Assembly (NCBI GenBank): GCA_000165425.1
Contig: CT867990.1
Location: 186,001 to 250,000, forward strand
Source: Paramecium tetraurelia
Lineage: Eukaryota
DNA length: 64,000 bases
Direction: 5' to 3'
Positions 1 to 12,502 of the stretch are shown one piece after another; position 1 is the first letter of the stretch, and each line of letters opens with the position of its first letter. Under the pieces are notes generated by a model. The model was not told the origin of the DNA and ran no database searches. It was given only the letters and a program-made list of their open reading frames with translations. The position numbers and the translations under genes were made by a program.

Positions 1-254
1 AAGACCCAAAATGCATTTAATTTGACGTATTTGAGAATTAAATAAATGTCAGCAACATGATTATGAAAACTTTAGTATTCAATTTTAGATAGGATATTAA
101 AATTTTTTCTTTTCTATAGAGTTATTAACCTTTTTAAGATTAATTCAATAAAGAAAATAGAAAGACGATTGATTATCTTATTGATTCCAACTTCATAGCC
201 TGGCCTATCCTCATCATTCTACTAAACCACCACCCCAAAATATATATAATATGA
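1..254 (+). CDS. 3' end of a hypothetical protein (partial, runs off window start)
   Basis: Code-6 frame open from nt 3 to TGA 252-254 (...IDYLIDSNFIAWPILIILLNHHPKIYII*); convergent with next gene. Confidence 0.4.
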
Positions 255-274
255 TTATAAATATTGATGAATAT

Positions 275-781
275 TCAGCTATTTTATTCTGAATAAACAT
301 CTGGCTAATCCCATGGAGAAGGGAGAAGAGATTTCTCATCTTATTACAACTTTTCATTAAAATAATTGAAACCATTCTTTTTAAGTAATTTAACTATTGT
401 TTCCTTATTTAAAATCTAGTGAATTTAATTGTTTTGTTCTCCTCCTTTTTCAGTTGACGGATTAACAATCTACTGAGTTTAAATACATGCTTAGCTATTA
501 CTGTTTATATATGACGATTAATTATTAAGGAATTAAGTTTAAACTTTTATTTTATACATTTAGTTCTAATCTTTCGATTATTACTATGTTTCTTCATCTT
601 TTTTTTTAGCTTATACATCATCCTTCTTCATAGAAACATCTTCATTAATTTCACTATTTAATAGATTTTTGTTATCATTTTTATCTCCTTTATTTTAAGT
701 CATTTCAGTTGTCTCATTGCTTTGATTTTATTCAAAACCACTATCTTAAACCTTATGTATTTTCTAACTTTAAGGATCCAT
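275..781 (-). CDS. Hypothetical hydrophilic protein, ~168 aa
   Basis: ATG 781 to TGA 275-277, 507 nt, uninterrupted in code 6 (MDPQSQKIHKVQDSGFEQ...LLPSPWDQPDVYSEQNS*). Confidence 0.6.
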
Positions 782-977
782 TGTGTTGTAATTTTAAGAA
801 ATAATTTTATATATTAATATAATTAATGATGAAATGATCTATGACATTTCAAGTTAATGAAAAAAATATTTTGCTAGAGTTTGATTCTTTATTGAATTCA
901 TATTTCAATCTTTTTCAAGATTTATAATTAAAATTATATAACATTTAAATGTTTTTCATTTCGTAATACACTTTAAA

Positions 978-1826
978 TCATATTGCACAATTTTGGTTTA
1001 AGCAATTTGTACAATATGATAAAATGATAGTCTTTCTTTTGCTGCCATCATTTATCCAAAAGAAATTGCAAAATGAATTGAGGCATTTTTCAAAATCTTT
1101 GTGTTTAAAAAATTTAGTTTTTAGTTTCTCATATTAATTATGAAAATATCTTTAGATAATTAGTATATTAGAATTATTTAGAAGAATTTATTAGGGTATT
1201 TTGGCTTTGCAATGGCAATGGATTTATGAATATCCCTTTTTTATACACTTTTCTAAATATTATTAAAAGCATTCATAATGATAAAAGTGATCGCATGGAA
1301 TTTACACTATTCTTCCATTACGTGATTTTGTGCAAACTTAACAATTTTAAATGATCAATTAATTTGCAGTAAAATCTTTCATGTTCTTCTAGATTGGATT
1401 GATTAATTTAGCTTGTTGTATAGTTTTCTTTGGACTTTAGAGTTTATTTGGGCTCTGTTATTCAAGATTAATAAGTTAATAGAGTAATTAAACGTCAGTC
1501 TTTAATTTCTGATTTTGGTTATTAATTTCTTCAGTAGTAAAAGTGAATTTAGACTTTTAGTTCTTAATATTCTTTGAAGTTGAAGCTAAGCTATATAAAA
1601 ATCTGTCTTTGTCATTCTTCTATGATTGATAATTGCTTGAACTTCGTGTCGGTATTTTATTTTTGCTTTAATAATAGTTTGCTCTCTCAACTGATAATGA
1701 ATGATCATACATATAACTTCCTTTTGCTTTCCTATATTTTTATTTATACTTACTATCTCTTAAGGAGTCTTCATACTTTTAGATAATAATGGGCAGCTAT
1801 TTCTTATTCTTTTAGTTGTTTATCAT
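978..1826 (-). CDS. RING-finger protein with C-terminal Cys cluster (IBR-like half), paralog 1
   Basis: 849 nt intronless ORF; CQVC...IPCDHFYHYECF...CHC, then CLNSFCNFFW...YCTNC. Confidence 0.75.
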
Positions 1827-2078
1827 TGTTATTATAAATAATTTATAAATAAATAGAATTCATGCAAAAAGTAGTCAATAATTTGAGATCTAATATTCAA
1901 TAAATATGGCAATTCAAGTTATTAAAAAAGACATGGAGATGAGTTTTGTAATTAGAAAGTTCATATTAAAATAATATGAAATTTTATTATTATAAAAAGA
2001 ATTCTTTTTTTTATTTTCTAAATCATTACCATACAGTTTAAATTATTATACAAACAGATATAATTAAAATATTAATAA

Positions 2079-3086
2079 TCATTTTTCTGTCAATTCTTTT
2101 TTGTAGAATAATCTCATGGTCAAACATGATTGACAAAAAGATTAAACACTAAGTAAATTTTCGAATTCTGAATTCATGATTATAAATTGGCAAGTAGTCT
2201 ATTGGCATTTATAGAAAGTATCCTATTTCTTTATTAATTAAGATAACTAAGAATTTAATTTGATCTCTTTAATAATTGCCCTCTGTACTCCGTTTAATTG
2301 ATTGATATCTTATTTGCATAATTGTTAGTTGCATTAACAAAAATAACCTTTTAATTTAGGAGAATTTATGATTTCTTCACACAAACAATTTTTGTGATAA
2401 GTATGCCTACAATTCAATTCTATAAGATCTGTCTGAACATTATTCTAACAACTTTTCAAACACTAATTTGATTAAGGCATACTCATTGTTGTTGGTTTAC
2501 TCCAATTGATATCCAAAAAGGGTTATTGGAATAACGTATTGAGATTATTAACAATATCAGATGTCCATTTTTGACTAAGATTAGCAAGACTAACTTCATT
2601 TGAAAACTTGGATATTAAGTGAACATCATGAAGACTCATGAAATTAGATCTTGGGTATTGCACCTCTTCAGTTAGCTATTTAAAATCAGAAGATTGTTGA
2701 GATCTGTGTGTAGATGATATTAGACCATCAACAACCAATCTATCCATTTATAATTTCTTTCTCAGTATATTATTCTCTTTTGCAATTTCCTTAATTTTCA
2801 TAATGTATTTAGCTATTTTATCTTCCAAATTTCTAACTAGGTAGATACAAGATTTGTTTTTGCAAATCAAGGGTTTCAAGTGTATTTGACTGAAAGGAGG
2901 AACTCCAGATATATCTTTATGGATTGATTAAGCCAAAAGATGTTTTGCCTGCAATTTCAGTTGAGGGAGTGAGGGATTGGGATTAACACTAATCAGACTT
3001 TCATTAGGAGAACAGATTCGCTTTGAATGAACTCCCTAATACTATTTTCCTTTCACATTTAGATACTCCCTCTCTGATAAAATCAT
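2079..3086 (-). CDS. RING-finger protein with C-terminal Cys cluster (IBR-like half), paralog 2
   Basis: 1008 nt ORF; CLKSC...LNCRHTYHKNCL...FCQC, then CQQTTCQFII...FCQSC. Confidence 0.75.
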
Positions 3087-3125
3087 TTTATAATAATTTT
3101 AAATTTAATATTCAATCTCAAATTG

Positions 3126-4094
3126 TCATACTAGTAGCACTTGCATCAAGCATTAAGGGCAGAATGATTTAGTAATCTAATTGTTTGTATTTATTACAAA
3201 AAAAGTACAAGTTTTGTTTGGACATCTTTTAATACACTTATATGTTTTTTTTATTTCATTAAGTTGATTATCTAGTAATTTAGAATTGTAATAATTTAAA
3301 TCTAAAGTTTCTAGAATCGAGCAAGGATGAATTATTTGTTTGTTACAATGACAAAACAATTTCTAACCCTTATTTTTGATTTAATTTATTAAGAACTCTT
3401 TTAAACATTATTCATGATAAACATGAGAGCAACTCAAAAAATAAGGGTATTAAACAATTTTCTGATTACAAATCTGGCATTTTGAAATCATTGTCTATAA
3501 ATTAGATTCAGTATTATTTCCTCTGTCCATCTAGCTCCTATTTAAAATAGAATCAAATTAAGATTCTGTGATTTGCTCTTTCTGATACTACTATTTTTCG
3601 TTAATTTCTTAATTATTCTAATTAATCAAAGGTTACTCCACATAGAAAGTACTTATTTCAGAAATTACACCACTCACAACAGATTCCTTTTATTGATTTT
3701 ACTATTCGGAAGAACAAAATTATTCAAGTTTACCAGTCATTTATTGATTTGAATCTATCTATAAGGCTGTATTTTCTAATGTGTTGTTCTTCTATTTACA
3801 TAAATCAATTTCATGTTGTTATTTTTATTGAGAAAATTCAAAACTCAATGATTGAAGTAATTTCTAAAGTATATAACATTTCAGTTTAGGACCTTGATTC
3901 TTTTTATAAGATTAAACAACCTCTTGATATTTAAATTGCTCAATTAGTTTTTTCTCTTCCTTAGTATGTACCTTCATAATAACCAGCTCTCTCTCTTTTA
4001 TTTCTGGTATTTATTCTTACAACTTCTTTTTCATTTTTGATAAGGTTTTAGGATACCCTACTTTATAATCCTAATTATTATAAGTGACTATCAT
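3126..4094 (-). CDS. RING-finger protein with C-terminal Cys cluster (IBR-like half), paralog 3
   Basis: CQIC...LSCSHVYHEQCL...FCHC, then CPNKTCTFFV...FCPQC; ATG 4094, TGA 3126-3128. Confidence 0.75.
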
Positions 4095-4320
4095 TAATTA
4101 TGTTAATTATTTAATATAATAATATTAACAATCTAATTATCAATTTCTAAATTTATAAATGTAATGGCAATTTTTAAATTGTGTTGATCTGCATAGCTAA
4201 ATGCTAAATAGAGAGAGTGGCAAATAGGAAATAATGCTGGCCAGAACGAACAGTATATATAATAACCTTTGCAAAATTAATTAAATCTTCAATTATTTAT
4301 TACATCAAATCTTGATTAAT

Positions 4321-6073
4321 ATGGGGATTTGCACCTCTTAAAATGTTAAAAAATAATAGGAGTAAAGATAATAACTCAAAATTGTACTACCAAATAAGTA
4401 ATCACAGGAATCAGCTCATGAACCTTAAATTCTCAATTAATCCAAAAGAGAATAATCACCATAAAATAGTCAACCAAGTCAGCATAGTTAGAGAAGTATC
4501 CATACTCCAGCGATTATTTCTGAAAATCAGAGATCGCCAGTACAATCTCAGGGCCTCAATAAAAAATGCTCAAAATAAATGATCGGAAAACTTCAAAAAT
4601 CACCTTCTCAACGTTCTCTCTCCCAAAGATCACTCAGCAATTGCAGTTCTCCACTCAGGGGATCTGTTTAAATAGGAGTTCAATTTTATAGTACCAACGC
4701 ATCCAAAAAGTACTCCTTTATGCATAATAAAGAAATTCAGATGAATGTATCAACATTACTAATTTATTAGCAAGAACTGTCATTTGTTTAAAACAACAAA
4801 ACTGGTACAAAGGCTCGATTACAAGTACTATCAAAGGCAGAAGAAGATAGCATTAAATTCATTTATTGGCTGAAATCCAATTAATTAGTATTTTATTATT
4901 TTATTACTTAGGATCACCAAAATATACTAAAAAACTTGGAGGTCCATTAAGACAATACTTGTTATCAATTAATCTACGAATATTTTGATGGAGGCAAATT
5001 ATCTCGATTATCAAGTTAAATGGAAATCACAGAGTAAATTTTAGCAAATATTGCTGACCAAATGTTTTAAGTTCTAGCCTATTTAAAAACTTAATAAATG
5101 GTTCATGGAAATATGACTATCAACAGTTGGGAATATTAATTTCAATCAGGTTAAGTACTGGTTAAATTAATCGACTTGAAACCTATCTCGGTTAAAGGAG
5201 TAGATGAGTACGAAGTCTTACTATTTACTCCCCCTGATGCTCTCTATAAAAATGAATACTAAGCCAGTAGAGATTTATGGGCTGTGATGATGATTCTGTA
5301 CTCGTTAGGGATAGGTGATGTACCCTATAAGATACCTCTTAAATTGTAGAGTGACATCCCTGCTGTGAAGTAGTATATTCTGCACTTTTAATTTAATGTG
5401 GAATAAGATCTTAGGAAATGGCCAGCAGATTTTCGATATTTTATTGAATCAGTGATAGGGGAAAGGAATAAGAAGAGAAGAAAAACTTTCGAAGAATAAA
5501 GAAATAATCATTGGTTAAAAAAACACAGGAAGGAGGAAATCTCTACTTAGGAGAGGTTGTTAAAAAATTTGTTTACTCAGAAGGAGAGTTGTGAATTGCA
5601 ATAGACAATATTAGAGATTATGGTTCAGGAATTGGACTAGGAGACAGCAATGCAGTTACAAAAGCTGTTTTCAGAATTTGATTCAGATTTAGACATGAAA
5701 TTGTCAAAAGAGGAATTAATAAAAATGTTCGAGAAATATACCAAATTAACTGATTTAGAATATCATGTGAATCAATTATTCGTTGATCACTCAATTAAGT
5801 CTGAGTTTATGGCATAGTTTACTTTTTTATCACTTGCTGCCCCCAAGGAATCGCTATTGACTAGGGCAAATCTTGAAACCACATTTAATCTTTTGAGTAA
5901 CAATAAAGCAGAGTTGAGAGCTGCTAACATTACTAAATATCTTAATCTAGTAAACGAAGACTTGGAAACTTAGTTTAATGATCTTGCTTCTGAGAAAAAA
6001 GTAATATATTATGTTTATTAATTGATAGCTCACTTTAGAGTAATTCATTAGTGTTATGGAATTATTAAAGTGA
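4321..6073 (+). CDS. CDPK-like pseudokinase with EF-hands, N-terminal acylation motif
   Basis: Starts MGICTS; kinase-fold remnants (LDHQNI, VHGNMTINSW, KLIDLK, RDLWAVMMILY); EF-hand DSDLDMKLSKEE; introns 4888-4911 and 6001-6028 give 567 codons. Confidence 0.8.
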
Positions 6074-6116
6074 ATAAGTATTTCTAATTTCATATATTAT
6101 TATCTATTATTAATAA

Positions 6117-6714
6117 TCATTTTAATTTTTGCAAAGCTTCTTCATAGGTTAAATTGCTCTGTCTATCTTTGGAGTCGCCTTGGTTGATAACAAGAGATAT
6201 TTACTTCTTTTTGGAAGAGTGTTAGTTTATTCAAAGTGTGTCAGATTGGATAGAGTATAAGCAAGAGCTTTCTAATAAAATAGCATGTATAACAGTTACT
6301 GATGTTTCTGAGTCTAATTTGCCATAGAGATCAATATCTCTTCCACGTTAGTCTCTTTGATCGCAATAAGCCTCTTTGACTTCGCTTTTGTATCTAATGT
6401 CAGCAGGCAAATCAGATCTTGAGTTAGAGATTCTTAATGTACCCTCGATGATGTTCATGAGTGCTGGAAAGCAAAGTGATTTTCCCGAATGTCTTTCCAA
6501 ATAGATTTTCTGACTTTATTCCTGGAACGAATCCTGCATAATCTTAGTGACATAAGCATAAACAGTGTACTTGGGATATGATTTCTGTTGCCTTGAATTT
6601 GCAATAAGTCTTAATCGTAGTCTTGACTTGGAATGAATCTAAAGCGTAATTAATGAGACACTGTTACCCTGTGTATCCAGGAATGGCATTGGCACCTTTT
6701 TCTGCTTAGAACAT
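6117..6714 (-). CDS. FAM166: FAM166/CIMIP2-like ciliary microtubule inner protein
   Basis: After removing ~5 tiny introns: IPGYTGFIP and HIPNYAGFVPGIKSENLFGKTFGKIT, the PGY-type repeat of FAM166 (DUF2475). Confidence 0.7.
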
Positions 6715-6727
6715 TTTATTTTTATTA

Positions 6728-7303
6728 ATGTAAAATCAAGAACTAAACTAATTTGTTAAATATGATTAGTTTTCTTCATATCTAACCAAGTCTCAGGTGT
6801 AATACATAGAGACTCGCAATCCGTTAGACTACTATTAGAAAAACAATATCCAGACCTAGAATTGGGATTCAAGCCTTCTCCAAACCAAACCACAAGTAAG
6901 TTAGGAACTTGACAAAATCAATAATCTGGTTGATTCTCTCTTCGCAAAGAAGGACTCTCAACTATATTAGAAATAAGAACCCAAAGAACGCAATTAGAAG
7001 TCATTTATGGAGAAATTCTCACCTATGGGAAACCTACTATCTGAAACAACCTAATCGTTGGATTACAATCCACCATAATAGCAGGGTCATCAGAGTATGT
7101 TGGATCTTAAGGCTGACATCCTAAACGTGAGATCGATTTCATTAAAATAAGAACGTCCGAAAGAAGTGAAGACTTCTAATGTCCAAAAAGTGATTGAACA
7201 GAAAGGACTGAACCTCAGACAATCAGCTCCATTGAGTTTATATGAATTGAGATAAATAAATAATGTTGAAATCCAGAAAGCATTGAAAGTTTTGCAAAAA
7301 TGA
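6728..7303 (+). CDS. Hypothetical protein, 191 aa
   Basis: 576 nt intronless code-6 ORF MQNQELNQFVKYDQF...QKALKVLQK*. Confidence 0.65.
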
Positions 7304-7319
7304 TTAAATAATTACAAAT

Positions 7320-8895
7320 ATGTAATAGTAATTCGATTAAAACATACGAAGATTGGGGGACTATCAATTCGATTCCAAGTATCTGTTGGGAGAGGGGGCA
7401 TTTGGCAAGGTTTACAGGGGAAGTAAAATAAGCACGAATATGGAAGTGGCCATTAAGAAAATTGATAGTTCAATGATCAATAAGGATTAGTATCTAATTG
7501 ATGCTCTAAGTAATTAAATGAACAAGTAGAATAGATAGCGAAGTCCAAATCATGAAGTAATTGGATCATCCGAACATTGTCAAGTTTATTGATAAATTTA
7601 CAACTGATCGCTCCATCTACATAGTCACAGAGTATTGCGCAGATGGCGATTTAAGAAATATAATGAAGGGCAGAAGAATACCCGAGACAGAAGTTAATTA
7701 GATCTTCTGTCAATTAGCAAGTGGATTCAAAGAATTGGTGAGAGCAAACATAATCCATCGTGATCTCAAACCAGCCAATATTATGAATCATAGAGGCATT
7801 GTTAAGATAGCCGATTTTGGATTCTCTAAGATCGTTGATAATTTTAATGGAGATTTGTTAAGGACTTGTGTAGGTTCACCATTATACATGGCACCTCAGA
7901 TATTGAAAAAGGAGAAATACACCACCAAGTCAGATATTTGGTCATTGGGTATTATTTATTATGAGATGATTTATGGTAACTCTCCATGGACAGGCATGGA
8001 TGAAAAGAGTTTAACTCAAAATATCATGAAATAACCATTGAGATTTCCATCTCATGTGTAATTGACAGAATTCGGAAAAAATTTCATTTCTAAAGCTCTG
8101 GAGAAAGAGGAATCCAAAAGAATGGAATGGAATGAACTATTTATGATGTTTGAATAATAGAAGAGATCATTGCCATAAGCCAAGATCCAATTTGAAAAGA
8201 ATAAGCCTAATATCCTTGATTCTCCCCAATCTCTTCAAATAAACGAGGCTCCTAATTCGTAATTATTATCCCAATTAAATATACTGAATTTATAAAGAAT
8301 GCATTTGAACTTTTCACATTTTGTGAATGTTGAAATCACCCAACACATCTCAATCATTACTCAACATTATAAAAAAGAATTATATTTTGAACTGTTATGT
8401 CTTCTTTCAGCCAAATTCACTGCCAATTCATTCAAACTATTACAAACAAAAGTTATATCCTTATTGGAATCCTAAAAGAAATCAAATGAGTATTCAAAAT
8501 TCATCAGCCAAATCTAAAACGAATACCAATTAGCATCTGAACTTTGTACCAATACTTTGTAATACTTTGATCGAATTGGTTTGTTGTCTAGTCTAAGACA
8601 ATTGGCTGATTTTTAAACCTTTATTGATATCCCAGAATTAAATTAAAATCAACTCATTTCAGTAGAGAAGATCATTAAGGAAAGAGTCTAAAGTGTTTCT
8701 AAATTAATCTTATAGGCTTGCAAAGACAACGAAGTGTTGATCCTTCTGGATTACTTGATGGAGATGTGTCTTAATAGAAGCAAAATTATGAATGGAAATA
8801 ATAATGTGGACTTTTCATTTATTCAAGAGAGAAAAATACAACCAGATTACAATTCATACTTAAATTATAAATTGAGTGAGATGTAGGGTTATTGA
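7320..8895 (+). CDS. Ser/Thr protein kinase (ULK/ATG1-like group)
   Basis: LGEGAFGKVY, VAIKK, HRDLKPANI, DFGFSK, GSPLYMAPQ; intron 7510-7534 gives 517 codons. Confidence 0.9.
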
Positions 8896-8898
8896 TTT

Positions 8899-10644
8899 TC
8901 ATTATTGTATAATTGATTGATTTTGAATCTAGAAAACAGAGGTTTCATCTATTTTACCTGTTTACGGCCCATTATCCTCCTTGTATCCCTTATTCATCTT
9001 CATATTTTCAATTACTTCATTAATCTTATTTATTATTTTATTCCTACTATCCAACCAACTACAAGTCTTTACTAATATAATTAACAACAACAAACTCAAC
9101 GCGAATAAAGAAATCTTTACTATCTCCATATCATTCTCATACAGATATGTCTCTATGATATTAACTGTGACATTTTATGTGTATCTCACTACGAATCCTG
9201 TCAAGTTTTTGTGTGTCATGTTATACTACAGAATATATTAATATGATTCTCCAACAATAGCTAAGTATCATATCATTTACTGAATACAGTTTTGTGGATG
9301 GTACAAACAACGAATCTATATTGGCTGCACTCGGAATCTGGTCAAAAAGGCTGTTTAAGACGTTATCCCAAAAAAGAAAGCATCATTCTCATACTCCTTT
9401 GTTATATCATTTAACCCTTCCAATTTGTAAACTTGATTGAAAAATTCAAAATCCCTTAGTCCTACATGCTTGAAAATCTAATCCTTATTATTAGTAGACA
9501 AGTAATCATAATCATTAGAAAATACAATCGTATGCTAATTTAATCCTTGCACTATCACAAACTCATCAGTTGCATCTACATCAATGATCCTTGATTCGAT
9601 TTACTTTGTTCTGATAACAAAATTATATCCATTTTATAAGTTTATGTAATATTCTCTCAAATAATACAACCCTTATTAATAATAACCAAAAAATACATTC
9701 TTACCATTCCTAGTATCTACTGATATTCCTCCAATTAAATGATCCATCCACAAATTGAATTCATATTTAACTTCTTCCTCTTCCTATTCTATTTCACCCA
9801 GAAATAACCCGTTTTCCTTATCCAAAATAAAAAAAAAATATTTTCCCTTAATTTTATCCGATTTTATTATTGAAAAATCTATTATATTAACTTATTAGTA
9901 TTCGTGAAAAATCTTGAAATTTGATATAAATTTTAATCCTTTCTCTACTATTTTATATACATCAAGCCCATCTGTACCAACTGCACTGAAAATCAACCCA
10001 TCAACCTCCTTTGTAAATCCTCTATAAGCTCTTTTCTTCCAACTAGGCACCTCATACACATTTAAAGAGCTGCCTTGAGATTCTATTTGGGCCAAACTAA
10101 ATAATTGTGCCCTATCATTCTACAATAAAAATGCCACATTCGATGATGGAGCATACAATAATTTAGGAAACTCTTATTCTAAATGAATTGCACTAGTTAA
10201 TTGAGTGAGATTGAACTTCCACACTATTTTAGCGAATTATGAACCTGTTTCACGAAAATCATGTTTGGATATAAAAATGTAATTGAATTTCAATAAATAC
10301 ACTATGAAATCTGAGGTTATTGCTATCATGCCATCATTTATGTGAGTCATCGATATAAACTGCCTAAACTAAAGTTCATCGTTTAAATCAGATTCAAGAA
10401 AATTAAAATCCTGAATAATACGAAGTTCCTGTGTCTCCATTTTAAGATGCAAGGGAATAATTTCGCATCCTAGACTATTATTTTTAGATTCTAAAATAGC
10501 ACTTCTTGCTTATTGTAAAACCAAACCTTTTGCTTCATTTTAGTGTAAATTGATAACCAAATCATTCAAATTCACTTCAAAGAGTGTGACATCGTCAAAA
10601 GATATACATTTCAGAATTAGAAGTGAAACAAATAAATATTTCAT
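8899..10644 (-). CDS. Type I membrane protein (signal peptide, beta-rich ectodomain, C-terminal TM)
   Basis: MKYLFVSLLILKCIS signal; LIFSAVGTDGLDVYKI motif; TM ISLFALSLLLLIILV near C-terminus; paralog of 35939-37530. Confidence 0.7.
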
Positions 10645-10727
10645 AAAATTTATCACTATTTTTTCTTATTTCAATTAATTAATATGATTTGTGTTAAATG
10701 ATTATTATAATAAAATTATGTACATCA

Positions 10728-11208
10728 TCAATCCTTGGGCACATTCTTCGATTAAATTTTTGAGAACAATTAATTCAATTGTAACAATTCTTATTCTAAT
10801 GCCTCGACTTCTTTCTCGTTGCTTTCATTGATTAGTTTTTGTCTCAGTTCTTTCTTCTATGCTATTGCATACTTCACTTATTCCTCTAAAACATGCTGTG
10901 TTTTCATTCTCTCTAAAAGCTTCTGTCCATCTGTATAATTTAATTAAATACAATGATTTTCTTAATATAATTTCGCCTATTAGAGCTCTTCTGGAATCTC
11001 AACCTTCTCTCCATTCAAGGCTTTATTTCTAATTAAATAATTCCCCAATATTACTTGATGTAGGCATCTAACTTTTTGGCTTATTGATCCAATCGATATA
11101 TCCTAATTAATATTGAAGTGGAACTTACTAGAAATATTGGTATGTTAGATATCCCATCCAAGAGAAGACAACTCCTTTTACTAAAAAATTAGGAATATGC
11201 AAGACCAT
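10728..11208 (-). CDS. Small single-TM coiled-coil protein
   Basis: MVLHIPNFLVKGVVFSWMGYLTYQYF; two 26-nt GTAA..TAG introns; ends KNVPKD*. Confidence 0.6.
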
Positions 11209-11768
11209 ATAAAATATAAATATAATATTAATATAAATATTATCACATTAAAAGCATTAATATTTATTTAGTTAGAAAGAGCATTACAACAATTATAATT
11301 GTGGTATCTAGAGGTGATACTAAAATTAGAAATTTGAGTGGTACATTTTTGATAAATATATATTATTAATTAAGTATTAGATTTTATTTAATAAAATCAA
11401 ACATCTATTTCGATATTTAAATTATATGTTATACTTTCCTGATTGAATAAAGTGAGTTCTAATTTAATAACTAATCGTCTAGTTAGTAAAATGGAATTTC
11501 ACTAATTTAGTGACATGATTTGAATATTTTCAATTCAGTTTTGGCTTCATAGATTCATTCTGGACTTTGGGCCATTAACTGAATGAAATAATCAATAAAT
11601 ATAAATCTAGATAGGAATATTGCTCTATTATAAGTGAATAAGCTAGTGTCAAATAATCTTAATTTGCATTGTTATTCTCTAATTAATCAGATTTATTAAA
11701 CAGTTTCAACTCTATAAAGTTGATGAAAAATACAAACAAGAATTAATTAAATAAAATTGAAACTTTAC

Positions 11769-12329
11769 ATGGCTTAACTTTCAACAAATAGATTCTCACT
11801 ACCTAGCATTGGGTAAAAAGATGCATAACCTAAATAAATTCCAGTGTTGAGAGCAATGAGACCTTCTCTTTTTCTGAATTAAATTGATATAATTCCTAAT
11901 TCTTTAAAAACTGAGGCAGAAGTAACTGATAGGAGCATTTCCAAACCGATTCGCACTGAAATTGAAAGCGATCCCCTCATAGAACATTCTTATCACTTTA
12001 AACTCCATAAATTGGGCACATAAAGAGCCTAAAGGATATAGCAATCACTACCTGATTTACCTCTCATGAATAAAGACTTAAGTGATGCCTCTCCAATTGA
12101 TTATTAGAGGCCACTCAAGAGAACAAGATTGTTTTTGAGAAGATAAGAATCTAAATTAGATGCTCCAGTACTTAAATTTCAAAGGAGGAGAGTCGAATTC
12201 AAAAAGTCTCTCGTGGTCATTGATATAGAGACTGGTACCTAAGACAGATAAGAATTAAATGAAGTCAAGAAGCCACTAAGAAGGATCGCACATTAAAAGA
12301 CTAGATCTTATCAGAAGAAATTAGAGTGA
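11769..12329 (+). CDS. Hypothetical basic protein with RVxF-like motif (RRVEF), 186 aa
   Basis: 561 nt intronless ORF; shares RPSLFLNQID and RRVEFKKSLVVID blocks with 19625-20137. Confidence 0.7.
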
Positions 12330-12502
12330 ATACATTACTTGGATCTTTTGTCCTGACCTAAATTATTTATACATTGATTAAGGCGAACTTTTGATCATTT
12401 TTATATTTTTTTCCATTTTTTCCATTAAGAGAAAGATTTAAAAATTTAGAAATATTAAATATTATTTTAATCAGCGAAAAATATCAAACATGAATAGTTC
12501 TT

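Noticed and set aside
231..240. CCCCAAAA telomere-like word
   Set aside because: Single copy within a probable coding frame; no tandem C4A2/C3A3 tract anywhere in the window.
4180..4260. Slightly GC-richer stretch between divergent genes as a possible snoRNA
   Set aside because: Only short weak stems and no convincing C/D or H/ACA arrangement.
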